Assembly (NCBI RefSeq): GCF_001194135.2
Contig: NC_068990.1
Coordinates: 18,483,629-18,544,038, forward strand
DNA length: 60,410 bases
From: Octopus bimaculoides
Lineage: Eukaryota
Reading direction: 5' to 3'
The position numbers and the translations under genes are program-made. Each line of letters starts with the position of its first letter. Positions within the stretch are counted from its first letter, which is position 1. The notes under the pieces were generated by a model. It was not told the DNA's origin, searched no databases, and saw only the letters and a list, made by a program, of their open reading frames with translations. Of this stretch, positions 38,530-51,359 are shown piece after piece.

Positions 38530-38694
38530 TTTATCCTTTATTATATAATTAATATATGAACAGTTTTACTCTGGATCAAAGTGGCATTCACTCCAGCACT
38601 ATTTTGATATATAACACGTGGTTGAAGTGAAAGATGTCAATTCTGCTTTTACTATATATTTTTGCAAGTGTGTATATATATTGCTGTGCAACGT

Positions 38695-38980
38695 CTGATG
38701 CTCGTATGGGTATGTGTAGATACTTGTACATTTATACAACTCAATATCGACACTGATGATAGCAGTAGGTATATATTTTTTTACCTTTAGCTTGAAGCGA
38801 GATCTTATACGCGATTAACTAAAAGTTTAATTTATCTTTCTTTTGCTCGACTACAACCTGTGTTTTTAGAATTTTTTAAGTGATTTTAGCGCCATTTGGC
38901 GTCTATTTTCAGACGTGGCGAAGCATTTTGCGAACACCTTGTTATAATTATGTATATAATTTAATTATTAATATAATATG

Positions 38981-38985
<5 letters not shown>
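38695..38985. repeat. Inverted second copy of the MITE interior; a third partial copy lies at 39050-39140
   Basis: ATATCGACACTGATGATAGCAGTAGGTATATA...GCTCGACTACAACCTGTG...TTAGCGCCATTTGGC is the reverse complement of 38168-38450. Confidence 0.8.
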
Positions 38986-39031
<46 letters not shown>

Positions 39032-40959
39032 GTACGTATACATATGTATGTATGTGTACAACGGAATATCGATGATGATGATAGTAGCAAGTATATTTTT
39101 TACCTTTAGCTTGAAATGAGATCTGATACGCGATTAACTAAACGTTTCTCTCTCTATATATATGTGTGTGTGTGTGTGTGTGTAAATTTGTCTATGTATA
39201 TACTCATAAGGATTAGCTGCTGGCCGTGGAAGTATCAGAGTAATATGTCAATAACCGGCTTAAATAAACCACGGCACGCTTCGTTTGTATTGAATACTTC
39301 TTGTCAGGCTCGTCACCCAACACCAAGTACATAATATTACACACACACGTGTGTGTTTTGTGTGTGTATGCATGTATGTGTCTGTATACATATGTATTTA
39401 TATTTATACGTACACATATGTCTATGTATATTACTTACAGACACGCACTAATATATACATATATGCGTAAACTATGCATGTATATAAATCTATACAAACT
39501 ACTATTTCATGCCTCACCCTTTGTCTTTGTAGCACATAATGACCGTTTCACTAGATGGCTTTTGAAATAGATGTTTTGATCCTCATTTTCCTTTTGTCCG
39601 GCACAATATCTCATGGAACCGATCTGATTATCAACTGATCAATAAATTCTAAACAACATAAAGCAGCCGCAATTCTCCAACAGATTATTGAGTGCAATTT
39701 GATGGTCATTATTCTCCAGAAGACAGATACCTACATTAATAAGCAGAAAATGAAAGAAAATATTTGAAAATGTAATAAAACAATATTCATAAACTAAAAC
39801 AGTAAACAAAACTACTTCCTATGAAAGTTGACATATACATGCACCCCCCATCTCTCTCTTTGCGCATATATTTTCCCCTCTATGTTTCACTGAATCTCCT
39901 CCTCTCACTGTGTGTATATAGCGTTCATGAACTCATTGCCTGTCACCGTGCCTGATAATTTGCACTCATCGTGCGCCTCTTATCTTAGTTCTCTATGTAT
40001 ATTTCTTTTACCACACCACTCTCTACGATGTAAAATGTGAATCAACCAACCAGATAACGAGCAATTATATCAGCTATACTTATATAGAGATACTGTGTTG
40101 AATAGTCTGTGATGTTTTTCTATGAATGCTAAATCTTCTGGCAAATCAGGAGATCAATCTTCTCCAACAGGCAATGCATTAAAATAGCAGGAACTCTATA
40201 AATACCATAAGAAGTACATTCTTTACAATATTTACGGTTTGTGTTCAAATCCAGATGTAGTCAAATCTGTGGATCAAATCTAGGCTTCGGTCGGTTATTT
40301 CAATAGTATAATTAAATACTAGGAATTTATCGGAGCCTATTTAAACAACTGCCCATTCTTACGGTAATATGTAGTCTTGAGATAATAGAAAATAGAATAC
40401 TTTCCATCTCAGAATCACTTTATTATTCTTAATGGTTAAATCTAACAAAATGATTTGTTAGATTATCCTGGTACCAGTTAGAATGGACTATTAAGTTTCT
40501 ATAGAAACTTAAGATCTATTACTATCTAAAAACCACATCATCAAGTACAGGACAGGAAATAGTTAATTCAACGGTTGGTTTTGGGGGTAATTATTCAAAG
40601 TTTTAATCTGAAATTCTCAGCACCTATAATATAAAGTGAACTTAATCCTCTTCTGCTCAGTTCAATCAAACTTAAATAGGTTAAATATGCAGCTATATTT
40701 ACCACCCCAGTAGCCTTTATAGAGTTGGACGACTTTTTAATAGATCTCATGCTTAATTCAACACATATCACCGCTTGTTCAGGAGTAAATTACTCAAAAA
40801 CTCAATTCCGTTTCACTCGATTCTATTTGCAACACATCAAATATAATGTGATATGAATGAATTATTTATCAATAAGTCTTGTAAAAGGAAGATATACATG
40901 GTATAAGGGGAATGGTAATATTTATGGCTCTATTTTGAAGACGCCTACTTTAACAAGCC

Positions 40960-41405
40960 ACCACAAGTGTCAGTCCTTATTACGATGCTATGTACTTCAA
41001 TGAACCTGAAAGTTATACCAAAGGAGTAGGAGTTCCTGGTACGGTCTCTCATGCTAAACAACTCAAAATATAGAGACCAGAATAATATGGGCTACCTTTA
41101 TCCAGAAGCAAAAGTAGGTTGGCGTAGGGCCAACACATGTACCATAAAAAATGCAAAGTTACAGGATCATCGGCAATCATTGACAACCAACAAGGCCTGG
41201 GTCTGGAAGGTCTTCCCCCATGAAAGCATTATATCCACAGAAGATAAAGAGAGGACGCTTTAAAATTAGCTGGTATGGTACTGAGGCATGGCTGAAAAAG
41301 TATGGATCCAAGTGGAGCGAAGAAGAAAAGAGAGCACAATGTTGAGAACAGTGAAGAGAAATTACTGATGGCCAATGCTCCAGCGGGAGCGAAGGCCTTA
41401 GGTGT
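40960..41405 (+). mobile_element. RTE-clade LINE 3' remnant
   Basis: RSKSRLA*GQH...PQKIKRGRFKISW..TEAWLKKYGSKWSE...GQCSSGSEG, an RTE-type RWxGH / RGRPKxxW C-terminus. Confidence 0.65.
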
Positions 41406-41502
41406 GTAAATGAATATTTTAATAGGATGAAGGTAAAAATGCAATATTCCCGTCGAATATATAATTATGTGTATTTCTTCTATCTTAATGAATAAAAATT
41501 CT

Positions 41503-41544
<42 letters not shown>

Positions 41545-42114
41545 CTTCAGTATTATAAGGTCTCATTCAACTGCATTGTTCTTGAATAATATATTTTAAA
41601 AAAATAATACAGTTTATTTCCTACACTAATCTCTCATGATCAACAGAGAATACAACAGACATAAAAAGACAATCTTCAAGTTAAAAAAAGGATGGTCTAC
41701 TTTACAAATATCATGTTGCTTATAGTGAAGTATATACCGTTCTGTGACTCACACATTATAAAGAAGCGGCACCTGCACGGAAACTAACAGTTAGGCTTAA
41801 GACATCATAATGCAGAAAGAGAATGAAATATTACAATCATGAAAGATACATGTTGTGTGAGTACAAAATATTAATTCAAGACATTAACAGTTATCGTAGA
41901 GCTAATATTTTCGGCTCTTCACCACTTAAATATTAATTAGTTGTTTTTGTCTTCTATGCATTTAGTACGATGGTACTAACTATACCATTTAACGTTTTAC
42001 CCTGTAACGCCAAATTCACTTGGCTGTTGACAACATGTCACTGATAGAAGACAAATAGCAGTGATATAATGAAACATGCATAATTCTACTCGGGTTGTTT
42101 GTTATCCTACTGGC

Positions 42115-42151
<37 letters not shown>

Positions 42152-42734
42152 TCTTTCTACACACACACGAATACACACACAAAGATACACAAACACACAC
42201 ATATACACACAGCGCTAGAAAAACACAGTGAACGAGAGAGAGAGAAAGAGAGATACATATACACAAAATTATACACACATTAATTTTTCAAGCTATCAAA
42301 TGAGAATTACTGAAAAATGAGAAAAATTATGGCGTGGCAATATAAATTTGGAAGTCTAACCTCTTCACAACAGTTGAAATAAATGTAACAATTTATGAAG
42401 ATATAGGAGACGGTTGGGTATAAATCTTAAATGCAACGAGTCAACTCTGACAGTACATGTCTCAAAAAGTAATCCATTCTAATAAACTGTTATATTAATG
42501 ATTCTAAATGTCCTGCGTTCATTGTAATATTCCACAGCTTGTAATATCACATGAATATGTTTATACAGTATTTCTTGAACTTATTATCTATTTTCTATGC
42601 GTCTAGGAAATTTTACCAAAATATGTGAATTAAAACTGTCAATATTGTCTGGCAAGGGTGAACGAATCTGTAGTTCAAACTTTTCAACATGTCCAATAGA
42701 AATAAATAATTTATGGAGACTGAAACATGATATG

Positions 42735-42895
42735 TGCAGGGTTGTGTGATTAAGAAACTCACTTTGCAGCTTTGAGGTTTCCAGTTCAGTTCCGCTGCGC
42801 TGCACCTTGGAAAACTTTCTTCTTCTATGGCCTAGGGCTGATCAATGCTTCTAAATAAATTTGGTAGACGGAAACTGTGCAAAAACCCGTTGTGT
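42735..42895 (+). mobile_element. Family B (CORE-type) SINE, degenerate
   Basis: GGTTGTGTGATTAAG...CAGTTCAGTTCCGCTGCGCTGCACCTTGG...TTTGGTAGACGGAAACTG. Confidence 0.7.
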
Positions 42896-43322
42896 ATGTG
42901 TGTATTTATGTGTATATTATTTTTTTCGGTGTTAGGAATAAGCAATTATCTTGTGAACTTCATGAGCTTAGAGCTGTTCCTGTTATAAGATGCTGTGGAC
43001 TTATAATTGACTGTGTGAGTAACATCTTACAGCTTTATTGTATCCTTTGTGCTCGTTGGGATCAAACTGTGAAAATGCAAATTCTTAATCAGGATGATGT
43101 AACCCAGCAGAGCAAGAAATACAAAGTTATTATCATTTAAATACATATGAGCATACATACATAAAACATACAAATCTTTGCGTTCTTGATCAAAACATTT
43201 TATTTGCCAGAGATTTGCGATTACTTCGACATGTGACGTGCGGCACAAAATACACCGTTCTAAAGGCAACGTTGATTTGACGGAGGGTGTGAGGTAATGT
43301 ACAGCACAAGCATTTGAAAATA

Positions 43323-43538
43323 GTCTTTTCTACTCTAGGAACAAGGCCCGAAATTTTTTTAGGAGGGGCCAGTCGATTAGATCGATCCCAGTAGGCAACT
43401 GGTTCTTAAGTTATTGACCCCGAAAGGACAAAAGACAAAGTTGACTTCGGGGGAATTTGAACTCAAAACGTAAGGACATACGAAACACCACTAAGCTTTT
43501 CGCCCGGCATGATAACGTTTCTGTCAGCTCGCCACCTT
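43323..43538 (-). mobile_element. Full-length family A SINE with a decayed 15-bp TSD
   Basis: Head and core as at 981-1195; AAGCATTTGAAAATA (43308-43322) versus AAGCATTTCAACATA (43539-43553). Confidence 0.85.
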
Positions 43539-44764
43539 AAGCATTTCAACATAATAAACAAATCATCTGTTCAAGTTGTTCAGAAAGAATTTGCAGAACC
43601 CTCTACTCCCGTCTACAGCAGGAGAGTCCATTACCCCTCCCCCACACAAACGTATGTATGTATGTATGTATGTATGTATGTATGTATATATATATATATA
43701 TATANNNNNNNNNNNNNNNNNNNNNNNNNNNNNNNNNNNNNNNNNNNNNNNNNNNNNNNNNNATATATAAATGTATGTATGATTAATTGAAGGGCAACTG
43801 AGTTGAATTACATGATCAACTTAAATAGCATTTAAATGCTTTCCGAAATAAACATAAATCTCAATTCAAAGGCTCTGAGGAAGTTATAAGACGATACTCA
43901 AGCAATCAGCGCTGAGTGCAACGCTTCCTATAGCAGAAACGTCTGTAAGTAAAAAAAAGTTGATTAGGTAACTTCTGTTGCCTTGTCATTCTGTTAATCC
44001 AAATTATTCTCTCTACTCGACTAGCACTTACTTCTGATGTATATAACTATATATATATATATATGCATGTATATGTGTGAGTGCGTGTTTGGGTGCGCGC
44101 GTGTGCATACATACATACATACATACATACATACATACATACATACATACATACATACATACATACATACATACACACATCATACACAGGCACCTACATA
44201 TATATGTACTCCGCTCATATTTCCCAGCAGAATATTTATGATGGCAGAACGATACATGAAAAACCTGTTAATCCAAATGAATTCCCTGTACTTATACCGC
44301 ATGGTTTGATCAAGCGTATTTTCTCAAGACTTTCCACTACGCAGAATTGTTTCTGCTCTGTCATTTTATAAAATAATTATTTTAAAAGCCCCTTGATATT
44401 ACTACTTCGTATCTTTCAATCATTGTCCTCTTTCTATCTATTCACCAACAAGTATAGTGTCGATACTACATCGTTCTAAAGATTTATATCTATGTAGTGC
44501 TGTCTACCTCAGTTTCTTTCTACATCTCCCATCTCGCTTCCTCTTATTTCTTTTACAGTAAGACGTAACATCTTTACTTATGTGAAATGTACAATTAGAA
44601 TTATTTTACTTCCCTCTGTGAGTCCAAGAAATTGCAGTATATATATCCTATCAGATTTCTTCCACTCTTGAATTAATTTGTCTCCTTCATATGATTTTCA
44701 ATATTCATTTTAAAGTTAAAGTATATTTTTTATAGATTACACATGCTACCAAAAATATTCGTTT

Positions 44765-46415
44765 CTCTGTTGTCAAAAACTTAGGACCTGATCTAGGAGC
44801 TTTTTGACATATAGAATCCAAAAATGATATGCATTTATTATTATCATGTAAGGATCTTATGATGCGGGCTCTAGAGTATTTCCCTTTCTTTTTTTTATAA
44901 TAAAACAATTTATGACAAGAAAGGCATGGCATGTAATATACTTAGAGATTCGTTTTTCTTTAAAAATAGAATGTTTTCTTAAAATTGCATTCAAGAACCA
45001 GTAAAAATCTTAAAATTTCTACATAAAAACCACATCATTTGCCATGAATTTGTGGTCGGCGCTTTTCTTCGGTGCTGACCTTCGGTGCAGAACAGAGGAA
45101 GATCACGGGCCAAGATTCAGTTACAGTCCGAATTCACATGCAAGTCATGTCTGCCTTGATGTCCTTATTCTATTGATTTTGATTTCCTGATAGAGACGTT
45201 CTTCCTGCTCGTCATTTGTGTCACTAAGATTCTCAGGGAAACTGTGCAATTTTATGTTTATGTTTGCTCCCTACTTTTGAAAGTTCTCTAGCATTTTGAT
45301 TATTTCAGCATAGTTTGCTGCTTTCTTGTTACCCAGGAAGTTATTTACAGCTATTACAAACGAATTCCGTGCAACTGTTCCAATGCAATTCATTGAACGT
45401 ACAACGTTCCCTTATTACGTCAATTTTCTCTTTGGAAACTCATCAAATACTCTAGTTTTTTTATCTTTTCACTGCTCATACTGGAAACATTGCTGCAGAT
45501 ATGGTGAAAGCATGGTCCAGAGCTTTTAACAAACTGCTTCATAATGCCAAGTTTGATATGGAGTGGAGGTAGGATGATTTTTTTACTTGTGAACTAAAGG
45601 CTCTTCAACCACATTAAAAGACCCTGCAATTAATATTCACTTTGGGCCCACTTTCATCACCCAATGTTTTCCCCTGATGCTGCTGTCTCAGAAACAAAAG
45701 TGCATGGATATATGGTGTATCTACTTTGTTACTCCAGAAGAAAATCTTAAAGTCCATGCACATCACCCACGGATGATTGTGGTACTTAATTTTCTCTAGC
45801 ACTTCTTTCATGATTTCATATTTCTCTGCTAGTCTTGTAGAGTGACTAATTAGAACACACGCTAGTATATTTCCATTATGAAGTAGAACACATTTCAAAC
45901 TTCTTTTGAAACTATCAAATAAAAAGGCGTCAATCAGTTGCATCGTATTCCACTAGTCCCATCCTCCGAAACAGTCCATCAACTTTTGTGCAATTCACTC
46001 TCATCGTTGTCTGTGAAGAACAGAAGAAATTCAGTATCTCTAGTGTGATAGAAGACTTTGTTTCCTTTATGAAGTCTTTTTCCTTTAAATCGAATTGCAG
46101 TAACTCCTACAGATTATTTTGATAAGTGTAATACCCTTACCTAATCATTTAGTTCAAATAGTTGTGGGTCTGATGAGCCAGTGTCAAAGTAATCGCGGTT
46201 TTCTCTGGCTTTCTCTGTCTCGGTTGATACTTCCTGATCATCAAGATCGTGAAGTTTGACACTAAATTTCACAGGTAATCAATGCATTTTTCTGAAAAAT
46301 AAAGGAAGTTGCGAAAATTGGTTATCTAGATGTGGTGGTGAAAGATAGATTCCCTTTTCTGGATTCAGCATATGAAAAATCTTCAAATCAGGTAATAACG
46401 TCCTGACAACAAAAT
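44765..46415 (-). mobile_element. Old DNA transposon with transposase pseudogene and decayed TIRs of about 100 bp (Sola3-like, tentative)
   Basis: Minus frames LFDSFKRSLKCVLLHNGN...LEKIKY...WVMCMDFK; IILPPLHIKLGIMKQFVK; NFLGNKKAANY; SFPENLSDTNDEQEERLYQEIK. 44768-44870 aligns loosely with the reverse complement of 46320-46415. Superfamily label is from memory only. Confidence 0.75.
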
Positions 46416-46614
46416 CCACGGTTGGTTGTGTTATATATTGTCGGGAATGTTTTGATTTAATTTGTTTGAAGTAAATTTTAACTTAAACACAATTTACTAA
46501 AAGAAATTTATTTCCCAGTTGTAAATTTCCGCCATGCATTCTACTAACCATCAATACATTTATATGAAAAAAAACTCCAACGTTATGATATATAATATTC
46601 TATTTAGTTCCGAT

Positions 46615-46768
46615 TCATTAAGTTCTAAGTTCAAATCCCGCTTAGGTCGACTTTACCTTTATATCCTTTCGCGATCGATAAAATAAGTACCAGTCGAGCA
46701 CTGGCAGCCATGTAATCTACTATTCTCTTCATACAAAAAGTGCTAGCCTTGTACTATAATTTGAAACC
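46615..46768 (+). mobile_element. Family A SINE, 5'-truncated
   Basis: AAGTTCAAATCCCGCTTAGGTCGACTTTACCTTT...GATAAAATAAGTACCAG. Confidence 0.75.
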
Positions 46769-47494
46769 ATTTCCCTTCCTATTTGCAACATCAGACACGC
46801 CTTACAATCTCTTTATTTGCGTCAAGTAAATAACTATCCCTTATTGTCATACGAAGTAAATGGTGCAAGTTTTCTTTTACGTACGCGACAAATTTTAAAC
46901 AGAAAATTGAGGAGTAAAGAAAAAATATAATTTCGGTTGATGCAAAGAAACGAGATTGCATGCAGAGTTAAATAAAGTATGAGCATTCATTTAGTTTTCC
47001 GTTTTGTATAGCGAAACGAAACCATAGATAGAAGTAATAAGATTCAGGAAATAAGCTGAGAAATTCACAACTACTACCTTTAAGCAGGTAAGAAGTATCA
47101 GGCGGAAATTAATGACTTTTTTCTTGTTTCTATTATGCACATTGTCCCGTTTCACGCTTTATTTTATTTCTTTTCATCCTTCATTCTATAATTAACGTGA
47201 CAATGAGTAAACAATTCTGTCATTTGGAGTTGTAACGACAGCCAATGCCATATATAGTTCCTTCATAAGTGAAGTTACAACTTGTAAAATATGAAATAGA
47301 CAAATATATGGATGACTAAAAAAACAATTGGTGACTTGGCATTTACATTTTAAAATTATGACAAGTTACGGCTTGTGCTGTGGATGTTAAATGACAGCGT
47401 GTTATCTTAACAGGAGTTATGCAGAAAAAGGGTGAGGTTAGCATGCTTGAAGTTAGGAAGAATATTTTCTCTTTAATACTGTTGTAGTACAATA

Positions 47495-47832
47495 AGGTTG
47501 CCAGCAAGCAGAATCGTTACCGTACCGGACAAAAATGTTTAGCAGCATTTCTTCTGACGTTATGCCGTCGGGATCGACTTTGCCTTTCATCCTGGCGCAT
47601 ACGATGAAATAAGTACCAACTGAGCATTAGAATCGACGTAATTGACTTAACCCCTCCCATGAAATTGTCATTTTTGTCAGTTCTATACGCCTTGAGTTCA
47701 AATCCGACTGAAGTTAACTTTGCTTTTCATCCTATCGGGATCTATGACATAAGTACCAGTCAAGCACTGAGGTCGATGCAAATTGACCAGCCCCACAAAA
47801 TTGCTGGGTTTGTCCCAAAATTAGAAAGAAAT
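47495..47832 (+). mobile_element. Two tandem degenerate family A SINE copies
   Basis: Cores at about 47575-47620 and 47695-47765. Confidence 0.7.
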
Positions 47833-47879
47833 ATTCTATTAGATATCATCACCTCACGAGGAGGAAAAGCGGCGCAAAA

Positions 47880-48150
47880 TGGGGGTTGGGATTAGTGGAT
47901 TATGATGCATGCGATTGTTGCCTTTTTATCGATAGCTTGAAAAAAAAATTGAAATGTTTTCTGCTTCATAATGGAACTAAAAGTATGAAAAAGCTGAATA
48001 AAGATAAAACAATTGTTGCAAACAGTTTAGATAAATTAAAACCATTTAGATAAATTCCAACCGATTTTCAGTCTGGGAACTATTCAAGGAAAATGAGCAA
48101 TGAGAATGAATAATGCAATAAAAGAATTACAGAAAGAACATTTCCAGCAT
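47880..48150 (+). mobile_element. Second fragment of the Sola3-like transposase family
   Basis: FIDSLKKKLKCFLLHNG matches the motif at 45860-45925; NHLDKF lies downstream. Confidence 0.5.
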
Positions 48151-48836
48151 CAAAGAGAAGAACAATATGCTGCAATTATGCGTATATTTCCCGCACATCT
48201 TTTTGAAATGATTCCATCACAGAGTCTCTCTATTGCAAGTATCAGAAATCCCTTTGTGCATTATCTACAACCATCAAAGCTTTACAACTAAACCATCTCT
48301 ACAAGATACCTTACTTATCATATAACCATGTAGTTCTAGAGAAGGTGGGCTTACCACCTCTGCAATCATTACTTTCTGCTGAAGGGTTGCTTTGACTTTG
48401 GGCCCCTAATTAAGAAATTTTCAGAAATGCTCATTCCATCAAGGACACTTCCTTGTATAAGAGAGTTTATGCCGTTCAAGTAAACTATGTTATGATATTC
48501 TATATCACTTCCTATACTCGGTTTAAGAGATGTTATAGCTTTTTATTAGTTTTATATATACAACAGCTGTCTTGTACATTCCAAACGGATAGCTATACGT
48601 TAGCTTTAATCAGTTTATACATCAGTTTAACATCTATGATGCCTATCAGATGAGAAATGAAACAATAGCATCAATTTGAAGACCCCCGCCCCCCAAGACA
48701 ATCTAATTGATATGTTGTTTTGAAACCGAAAATTTCGATAGATAACTTATTATATTTGGGCATGTACAAACATTCATGAAGAGGCATCTTTTAAAAAGCG
48801 GCTTCTATAGCTTTTCAAGCCCAAGTATATATGTAG

Positions 48837-48909
<73 letters not shown>

Positions 48910-48995
48910 CCTATTTATCTATGCCTTAAAATATGTGTGTGTGTGAGTGTGCATATTTGTCTATGTGCATGCATTTATATAATTACACACGCGTA

Positions 48996-49057
<62 letters not shown>

Positions 49058-49384
49058 ATTATATGTACGTATTTATATGTATCTCCTCGCCTTTATGGAA
49101 AAATATACCTCTATTTTCATAACCTACACCCTCGCCTTTATGAAGGAACGTGTCATATATCTCCATATATATTATTCGTGCTTCGACTTTCCAATAACTG
49201 TCAGCGTTGCCACATATATAACATCCGGGCTATCCCTATTCTAAGCATATCCTAATCCGTAAACACGATGCAATTAATAATTGAAAACATAACCTTTTAG
49301 CTGCGCACCAGGAAGATATTTGTCATAATCGATGGCTCATACTAGCTGAAAGCTATAAATCAACCACGTTGTTACCTTCAGCAA

Positions 49385-49405
49385 TAGTAACAACAGCAAC
49401 AACAT

Positions 49406-49488
<83 letters not shown>

Positions 49489-49532
49489 ACTACTACTACT
49501 ATAATGATAACGTTAGTCATAATAACAATAAC

Positions 49533-49582
<50 letters not shown>
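49385..49582. repeat. Compound (ACT)n-(GCT)n-(ACT)n-(AAT)n microsatellite
   Basis: Direct reading. Confidence 0.95.
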
Positions 49583-49584
<2 letters not shown>

Positions 49585-49789
49585 TGAGTAATCGTACTTC
49601 TTTATTGTTACCACGAACACCCAATAAACACAGAATATAATGTATAGAAAGATGATACAAATTATGTGTATATAAACGTAAGAGTGAAGGGTCAGTGATC
49701 TTACCCAATAAATATATTCACGAATTTTATTGCTTGGACACATTTAGATAAGCGAAAATATTTGAGTTACGAAGGTGCAACAAAACCAA

Positions 49790-50385
49790 ATGGATATACC
49801 TTAGTTCCGAGCAGATTAGGTTAGTTGCTCACAGCTTTGGTCTCGAAACTCATCTGCTTCCAAAAAAGTAATTGAACGGTTACAAAGAACTTTCACCAGT
49901 GAAATAACTTCGAGCCTTAATTACTGGGAACGTTTATAAGCTCTGTGTCTTTAGAACGCAAAAAAAACGTGATAAACCATCATATACGTATGGAAAGTTC
50001 TGGTGGGGCATGTTCCAAACTTCGGCATTAGGGGAAATTTTAATTAACAAACTGGTAGATAGTGTAACGTCCAGATATACCTCCTTCGAAATAACGAGAA
50101 AAAATACTTCATTGTACCACTCTGATATTTAGAGGCCCTCAGTTGTTCAACAGCCTAACCTAATGAAATCAGAAATAAAAAGAGGACCTCAACTGAAACA
50201 TTGAAAAACCGTTCAAGGATACACGAATGGAAGAGCGGCTGCTACAAACTCAATCATAGACCAACTTTCTTTGTTTTGTTTTTTTCATAAAGCGACAACA
50301 AAAGTGAAAGGAAATTAATTCGGTGCTGCTTCATGGTGGAAGTCCTATGAGTGAAACCAATAAAAGCATAAAAACACATGAAATT
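49790..50385 (+). mobile_element. CR1-clade LINE 3' remnant
   Basis: IERLQRTFTS...LNYWERL...IIYVWKVLVGHVPNFGI...FRGPQLFNSL...NSIIDQL. Confidence 0.75.
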
Positions 50386-50394
50386 GTATAAAAA

Positions 50395-50720
50395 CAGCTT
50401 AGCTGTGTGATTAGAAATCTCTTGCGATCACGTGGTTTTAGATTCCACAGTGCGATGATTTGGACCACTGTCTTCTGATATTACCCTGGGTTGACCGATG
50501 CATTGTGACTGAATTTGGTCAACAGCAACTGTGTGGAATCCCGTCATTTTTATATATTGATGTGTGTCTTTGTGTAACCTCTTGACAAGCAGTGTTAGTT
50601 GGTTTATATCCCCGTAACTTAGCTGTTCGATAAAAAGAGCAATAGAATATGTACTTGAGCAAAATCCTTCAATACGGGGCCCAGCATGGCTGTAGTTCAA
50701 TGAGTGAAACAAATAAAATG
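50395..50720 (+). mobile_element. Composite SINE: family B head plus family C tail, degenerate
   Basis: GCTGTGTGATTAG head, ATTTGGTCAACAGCAACTG, then CCCCGTAACTTAGCTGTTCG...CAGCATGGCTGTAGTTCAATGAGTGAAACAA. Confidence 0.6.
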
Positions 50721-51277
50721 TAAATGATAAACTAATTTGAGATCATCGTAGCCACCGGCTCCTTGATTTCAAGTATTTCTTTGTAGATTCATGAGAAAAG
50801 ATCATGTGGTTTTGATTTGGGTGGATACTGACTTGCCAGGAAATGACCCACATGTTGTAGTCTAGAAGACATCTTCCACAGAACGTCTGAAATATGATAT
50901 GCTGGAACGGATGACGGTTATCCTTAGCGCAGGCATAGCTTGGGCAATGGCTTCCTTGCCAGTCCGTCTGGCATTGCCCTCTTCAGCCGTTAAAATCATA
51001 GGTTTTCATAAGCTTCTTCTACCATTGTAGACTTTAGTAATTTTCCGAATTATGATCCAGGAGAATTGAGACAGGCTCTCCTCGCGAAGATTATAGCTGG
51101 GTCAGTTTTGTTACGAAGTTAAAGCTTCTTTCGTTGATCATGACTGATTACCTTGGAGTGTGAAGACTAGTGTTTGAGGAGAAGCTATATTGTTATTGCT
51201 CAGTGAAGGACATTACCTTTACACAATTCTTGAGTCTATATCTGTCTGTCTGTTTGTCTACTTGCCTCCTGCGTGTG

Positions 51278-51359
<82 letters not shown>

